Assembly (NCBI GenBank): GCA_963756875.1
Contig: CAVWPA010000003.1
Span: forward strand, 896,001-960,000
Direction: 5' to 3'
Origin: an uncultured Verrucomicrobiae bacterium
GTDB taxonomy: Bacteria; Verrucomicrobiota; Verrucomicrobiia; Chthoniobacterales; UBA10450
DNA length: 64,000 nucleotides
This document shows, piece by piece, positions 58,841-64,000 of the stretch. The position numbers were made by a program, and so were the translations under genes. Under the pieces are notes generated by a model that was given only the letters and a program-made list of their open reading frames with translations, ran no database searches and was not told the origin of the DNA. Positions within the stretch are counted from its first letter, which is position 1. Each line of letters starts with the position of its first letter.

Positions 58841-61121
58841 TTCCAACCTGGCGACGGTGCTCACGCGCGAGCATCATAAAGTCCACCTCATCGGTGTCGC
58901 GGGCAGTGGAATGAGCGGGCTGGCCGCGCTGTTGCTCGAGCTCGGACACGAAGTCAGCGGATCGGACAAGGTCAGCACGCAGGAGACCGATCGTTTGCAA
59001 CGGCTCGGCCTGCGCTTTTTCAGGGGACATCGCGCCCAGGAGACAGCCGATGCCGAACTGATCGTTTTTTCGTCTGCAATCAAGGCCGACAATCCCATTC
59101 TCATTCAGGCGGCCAAGGCCGGGAAACCAATACTCCGGCGTGCCGAGGCTCTCGCCGCCCTCATGTCGGGCAAGCGGGGCATTCTCATTGCAGGCATGCA
59201 CGGGAAGACCACCACCTCCGCGATGACGGCGCATGTGTTACGCGAGGGCGGTTTGCACCCCTCACATTATGTTGGCGCGGAAATTCCCATTCTTGGGACC
59301 AACGCCCACTGGGACGCGCGCGGCGACTATTTTGTGGCCGAAGGAGACGAAAGTGACGGGACGATCAGGTTTTTTCATCCGGAACACACGCTTCTTCTTA
59401 ATATAGAGGAGGAGCACCTCGACTATTACGCGGACCTGGCCGCTATCGAGAAGGTCTTCACCCAGCTGATCGAGCAGACAAGGGGAAAAGTCTTTTACAG
59501 CGCCGATGATCGCCATGCGGCGCGAGTATGCGGAAGCTGCCCGCGCGGAGTCTCCTACGGTTTCGCCGAAGGGGTCGATTATCGAGGCGCCGACGTCGAG
59601 CTGAAAGACTTTACGTCGAACTTCAGTGTTTATCATGGCGGCAAACGGCTTGGGGAAGCAGTCTTGAATGTTCCGGGAGAACATAACGTTCATAATGCGG
59701 TCGGTGTAATCGCGCTGGCGACCGAGCTTGGAATTCCCTTCGAAAAAATCGCCGCCTCATTGCGCAAGTTCGAACACGCGCGTCGCCGGTTTGAAATCAA
59801 ATATGCGAGCGACCGTTTTTTGCTGGTGGACGATTACGCGCATCATCCCACTGAAATTCGGGCGACGCTGAAGACGGCGCGGGCAACGCGACACAAGCGG
59901 GTGTTAACGATGTTCCAACCGCATCGCTTTTCACGAACGAAGGCGTTATGCAGGGAGTTTGGCCGGTCTTTTGACGATGCGGACAAGGTTGTTGTCACAG
60001 ACGTCTATGCCGCCAGCGAAACGCCGCTGCCCGGCATCAGCGGCAAAACGATTGCCGACGAAATCATGGCGCATGGACACACCGGAGTGACATATGAGCC
60101 GCGGCTGAACTGGGTCCATCGCGACATTGGCAATATGCTCGATCCCGGAGATCTTGTGCTGAGCCTGGGTGCCGGAAACATTCACGAACAACTATCGATC
60201 CTGGCCGCAGATCTTGTGGTCGCCGAAAGCTTGAAGGCGATCGTCGGTGAAGAAGGCGAAGTACGTCTGTACGAACCGCTCTCCAAACATACGACACTGC
60301 GAGTAGGCGGTCCGGCGCAATTCTGGGTGGAGCCGCGCAGTGAAAGGGCCTTTGCAGAAGTAATTCGCCTTTGCGCGAGCGAAAACCTCCCGCTTTTTGT
60401 TATCGGCCGCGGTTCCAATCTGCTGGTGCGCGACGGTGGAATTTCCGGCGTCGTCGTTCATCCCTGCGGGGGCGATTTCGACAAGATCCAGATCCACGGC
60501 GAGGAAATTAGCGCTGGCGCAGGGGTTAAATTAAAGGAGCTGGCGTACGCCGGAAAGAAAGCCGGTCTCACCGGCCTCGAATGGATGGAAGGGATTCCCG
60601 GGGAAGTCGGCGGCGGGTTGCGCATGAATGCCGGAGCGATGGGTGCGCAGACTCTCGAGAACGTCGTTAGTGTTCGCTATCTCGATGCAGAAGGAAATCC
60701 ACACACCAAGAGGCGTGATGCGCTGGAAGTGCATTACCGGAACTTCCCGCTGCTGAAGAATAATTTTGCCGTTTCCGCGACCTTTCGAGGGAAACCTGCG
60801 CCCGGCAGCGAGATTATTCGGAAGCTGGGAGAATCGCAGGAAAAACGGCGCACCAGTCAGCCAATCGCCAAAAGCGCGGGGTGTATTTTTAAGAACCCGG
60901 ATTCATGCCCGGCTGGAAAACTGGTCGATGAACTGGGACTCAAAAATTCGCATGTTGGAAATGCCCGTGTTTCCGACGTGCACGGGAATTTCATTGTGAA
61001 TGACGGCGGGGCCACCGCGGCGGAGATGCTGGAACTAATCGACAGGATCAAGACGACTGCGCGAACAAAGCGGGGGATCGAATTGGAAACCGAAGTGCAA
61101 ATTGTGGGAGAGCCCGCATGA
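58824..61121 (+). CDS. murC: MurC-MurB fusion protein
   Basis: MurC motifs (GSGMSG, HGKTTT, DESD, DDYAHHPTE, FQPHR) continue in frame into MurB motifs (HTT.RVGG, G.GSN, MNAGA, SAGCIFKNP, HGNF). Confidence 0.95.
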   Translation: MTSMPDSNLATVLTREHHKVHLIGVAGSGMSGLAALLLELGHEVSGSDKVSTQETDRLQRLGLRFFRGHRAQETADAELIVFSSAIKADNPILIQAAKAGKPILRRAEALAALMSGKRGILIAGMHGKTTTSAMTAHVLREGGLHPSHYVGAEIPILGTNAHWDARGDYFVAEGDESDGTIRFFHPEHTLLLNIEEEHLDYYADLAAIEKVFTQLIEQTRGKVFYSADDRHAARVCGSCPRGVSYGFAEGVDYRGADVELKDFTSNFSVYHGGKRLGEAVLNVPGEHNVHNAVGVIALATELGIPFEKIAASLRKFEHARRRFEIKYASDRFLLVDDYAHHPTEIRATLKTARATRHKRVLTMFQPHRFSRTKALCREFGRSFDDADKVVVTDVYAASETPLPGISGKTIADEIMAHGHTGVTYEPRLNWVHRDIGNMLDPGDLVLSLGAGNIHEQLSILAADLVVAESLKAIVGEEGEVRLYEPLSKHTTLRVGGPAQFWVEPRSERAFAEVIRLCASENLPLFVIGRGSNLLVRDGGISGVVVHPCGGDFDKIQIHGEEISAGAGVKLKELAYAGKKAGLTGLEWMEGIPGEVGGGLRMNAGAMGAQTLENVVSVRYLDAEGNPHTKRRDALEVHYRNFPLLKNNFAVSATFRGKPAPGSEIIRKLGESQEKRRTSQPIAKSAGCIFKNPDSCPAGKLVDELGLKNSHVGNARVSDVHGNFIVNDGGATAAEMLELIDRIKTTARTKRGIELETEVQIVGEPA

Positions 61122-61164
61122 ATTTTAATTTACGGTCACTGCCAAACACGAGCGTAACGATTTG

Positions 61165-62100
61165 ATGAAGAAGGAAAATTTACCGAAAAAGATTGCGGTG
61201 CTGATGGGCGGACCGAGTTCGGAGCGTGACGTTTCCATGGCAACCGGGCGTGGAATTGCCAAGGCACTTCGTTCGTTAGGCGCCGAAGTCGTTGAGGTGG
61301 ATGTTCGGGACGAGAATTTTCAACTTCCGGCAGATGTCGGGCTTGCATTCATCGCTTTGCATGGAACGTTCGGCGAGGACGGCCAGGTGCAGAAAATTCT
61401 CGAAAACCGCGGCGTCGCATACACCGGCGAAGGTGTGAAGGGGAGCGAACTCGCTTTCGACAAAATTCGGTCGAAGGAAAAATTCCGGGAACGCGGAGTC
61501 ACCACACCAAAATGGGAGGTCGTGCGACCGGGACAACGGCCGACGATTCCCCTTCCAGTTGTGGTGAAAGCGCCGCGGCAGGGATCGACTGTTGGGGTTT
61601 ACATTGTTCGGACCGAGGACGAGCTGGATTCTGCTTTGCGCGACGCCTTGAAATACGATCGCGAGTTGCTGGTAGAAGAGTTTATTCCCGGCCGGGAACT
61701 CACGGTTGGAATTCTGGGCGACCAAACGCTGCCGATCATCGAAATTATTCCCAAGGGCGGCTTTTACGATTTTACAAACAAGTACCCATTTTTGAATCCG
61801 CAGGCCGGGGGCGGTGCCGAGCATGTTTGTCCGGCGAAGATCGAGGCGGAGATGACGAAGCGGATTCAGGAACTCGCAATGAAGGCCCATCGCGCGCTCG
61901 GCCTGGAAGTTTATTCGCGAGTCGATGTCATCTTGCCGGAAAGCGGCGAGCCGACCGTCCTTGAGACGAACACCATTCCAGGAATGACGGAGGCAAGTCT
62001 GCTGCCCGAAGCCGCCGCCGCCGCGGGGATCGGCTACGTCGATCTTTGCTCGCGGATTATCGAGCTCTCACGCGCCAGAATGGAGCGGGCGTCGAAATGA
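61165..62100 (+). CDS. ddl: D-alanine-D-alanine ligase
   Basis: GG.SSER.VS, LHG.FGEDG, GRELT, YDF..KY and E.NTIPG.T. Confidence 0.97.
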   Translation: MKKENLPKKIAVLMGGPSSERDVSMATGRGIAKALRSLGAEVVEVDVRDENFQLPADVGLAFIALHGTFGEDGQVQKILENRGVAYTGEGVKGSELAFDKIRSKEKFRERGVTTPKWEVVRPGQRPTIPLPVVVKAPRQGSTVGVYIVRTEDELDSALRDALKYDRELLVEEFIPGRELTVGILGDQTLPIIEIIPKGGFYDFTNKYPFLNPQAGGGAEHVCPAKIEAEMTKRIQELAMKAHRALGLEVYSRVDVILPESGEPTVLETNTIPGMTEASLLPEAAAAAGIGYVDLCSRIIELSRARMERASK

Positions 62101-63179
62101 AACGCGTGCAACAGCGACCCCGCGCGCGGAACGAGCGTTTTTCGAACCGGCGCCAGCGTCGTCAGCAGCATTTGCTCGACGTGAAGGTGCGCTCTCGCAA
62201 AGCCGTCCAACATCGGAACCGCCGGGTCCTGGTCTTTTTGTCGAAGATCGCGCTGGTCATCGCGCTCGGTGCCGGCATTTACGTGGGCATATACGAAGGA
62301 GCGAAGCGCCTGCTCTTCGAAAACCCGGATTATCGACTGCGCGTGATCGATACGCAGACAGATGGTACCCTGCAGCGCGAGCAGATTTTGCAAACCACCG
62401 GGTTACACGAAGGCGAAAATATTTTCCGCGTGAACCTGTCCGAGGTTCACGATTTATTGCAACAATTGCCGCAGGTGGACGAAGTGCAGATCGTCCGGAA
62501 ATTGCCGGGAGAGGTCGACATCAGGATTACGGAGCGCAAACCGGTTGCCTGGATCACGAGCGAAAAAGAAATCGCCGACCCATTTGCGTCGGACGCCGCT
62601 TTTCTGGTGGACGCGCGCGGCATTTTGATGAAGGAGAAGAAATTGCTGCCGGAATATCTGGGATTGCCATTCATTCTGGGGTGCTCGGACGAGTCGTTCG
62701 AGGCGGGAAAAGTTGTCGAATCGTTTGAAGCAAAAGCGGCGTTGGAGCTGTTGCGGTTAAGCGCGCGTAGCTTTATGCAGACGCGCTTTCAAATTCGTGA
62801 GATCGACGCCTCAAAGGGTTATTGCCTTGTGGTGACCGACAAGAACCACACACGGGTCACTTTCGGTTTCGACAATCTCGAAACTCAATTGCAGCGCCTC
62901 GAACAATTTCTAATTTACTCGGACGACTCGAGGCAGGAGCTGGCAACTGTCAATCTGCTGGTGCAGCGCAACATTCCAGTCACGTTCGCAAAGCCGCCGG
63001 CGGATGTGATCAACGATACAATCAAGCCGGAGGAAACGCCGCGCATAATGAAAGCGGTCCCGGTACATCACAAGACAACAGCCGCTCCGCCGAAATCGCA
63101 CCCCAGAGCAACCCCGTTGCCGGTCCGCCGGGCGATTCCGGTTCAGCAGTTCAAGAAGGAGAAGAAGAATGGGCAATAG
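62097..63179 (+). CDS. ftsQ: Cell division protein FtsQ/DivIB
   Basis: Basic tail, TM, POTRA domain (LP.V....I.R.LP), ERKP and LVD..G; position in the cluster. Confidence 0.88.
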   Translation: MKRVQQRPRARNERFSNRRQRRQQHLLDVKVRSRKAVQHRNRRVLVFLSKIALVIALGAGIYVGIYEGAKRLLFENPDYRLRVIDTQTDGTLQREQILQTTGLHEGENIFRVNLSEVHDLLQQLPQVDEVQIVRKLPGEVDIRITERKPVAWITSEKEIADPFASDAAFLVDARGILMKEKKLLPEYLGLPFILGCSDESFEAGKVVESFEAKAALELLRLSARSFMQTRFQIREIDASKGYCLVVTDKNHTRVTFGFDNLETQLQRLEQFLIYSDDSRQELATVNLLVQRNIPVTFAKPPADVINDTIKPEETPRIMKAVPVHHKTTAAPPKSHPRATPLPVRRAIPVQQFKKEKKNGQ

Positions 63180-64000
63180 CGATTTAATGGTCGGTCTCGA
63201 GATAGGAACTTCGAAAATTTGCGTCGTAGTCGGAGAAAGCCGGCCTGATGGAACAACCAAAATTCTCGGCGTAGGCCAGGCGCCGTCGCGCGGCGTGCGC
63301 AAGGGAGAAATCGTCGATTTTGAAACGGCGATGAAATGCGTGCACGAAGCCGTGGTCGATGCCGAGCAGAAAAGCGATGTCATGATTCGCAGCGTCTATG
63401 TGTCGGTGGCCGGTTCGCACATCCAAAGCTTCAATAATCGCGGCTGCGTCACGGTACCGGAAGATCGGGACGAAATCGACGAGCAGGACATCGAAGATGT
63501 GAAAATTAGCGCGCGGGAGGTCAGCATTCCCGCGCAGAACGCCTTTCTGCATTCGATCATCCAGCATTACCACGTCGATGGCCAAAACGGCGTGCTCAAT
63601 CCGGTCGGCATGCTCGGTCAAAAACTGGAGGCCGATTTTCACATTATCCACGGGGTGCGGACGCGAATTCAAAACACGATCCGCTGCGTGAAGGAATTAC
63701 CGCTGGAGGTCGAGGACGTGGTGTTCGGCGCGCTTGCTTCGGCGCAGGTCGTGTTGACTCAGCATCAGAAGAATCTTGGCGCCCTGGTTATCGACATGGG
63801 TGGTGGCACAACCGACTACATTCTTTATGTGGATGGAGCGGTGAAACAAAGCGGCGTGCTCGGCGTCGGTGGCGACCACATCACCAACGATATTTCGATG
63901 GGATTGCGCATTCCCATGACGCGCGCGGAGAAACTGAAGGTTGAGGAAGGCGGCTGTGTTCTTGGAAATTGTCTGCCCGGCGAGACGATTTTGCTAAAAG
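63169..64000 (+). CDS. ftsA: Cell division protein FtsA, 3'-partial
   Basis: Translated by hand: MGNSDLMVGLEIGTSKICVVVGE, G.RKG.IVD, IDMGGGTT, GGDHITND and AEKLK. Confidence 0.96.
   Translation, partial: MGNSDLMVGLEIGTSKICVVVGESRPDGTTKILGVGQAPSRGVRKGEIVDFETAMKCVHEAVVDAEQKSDVMIRSVYVSVAGSHIQSFNNRGCVTVPEDRDEIDEQDIEDVKISAREVSIPAQNAFLHSIIQHYHVDGQNGVLNPVGMLGQKLEADFHIIHGVRTRIQNTIRCVKELPLEVEDVVFGALASAQVVLTQHQKNLGALVIDMGGGTTDYILYVDGAVKQSGVLGVGGDHITNDISMGLRIPMTRAEKLKVEEGGCVLGNCLPGETILLK

Overview
A 64-kb stretch of core chromosome from a moderately GC-rich bacterium, most likely Verrucomicrobiota (Chthoniobacterales-like). This is inferred from TGTTC-N4-GAACA LexA boxes, a MurC-MurB fusion, a LysM gene inside the dcw cluster and mqnD. 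Left to right it holds: a sugar transferase, ribE, an ion-transporter-superfamily permease, a TonB-dependent receptor locus, a catalytically degenerate alkaline phosphatase, gpmI, a PD-(D/E)xK protein, hemB, coaX, a large TPR-TM-repeat protein, an M29 aminopeptidase, rsmB, ugd, lptD, a KS/CLF pair, an RRM protein, tRNA-Tyr, a DegT aminotransferase, mqnD, parB, an M28 peptidase, a PpiC protein, a beta-hydroxyacid dehydrogenase, ygfZ, an HTH regulator, glgE, exbB/exbD/TPR, a lexA-imuA-short imuB cassette, and the dcw cluster (mraZ to partial ftsA). I saw no CRISPR array, prophage or transposase. The most notable observations are: (1) a free-standing secreted TonB-box/plug mini-protein next to a receptor, a transglutaminase-like enzyme and proteins sharing a GKxxK motif; (2) a [IV][RM][RK]AxPV motif shared by FtsI, FtsQ and a TPR protein; (3) a dead alkaline phosphatase; (4) nested REP/MITE elements carrying 17-30 nt micro-insertions, some inside coding sequence; (5) five frameshifts, four at or next to GTAC, probably modification-linked sequencing errors. 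All calls come from reading motifs by eye; no database searches were run.
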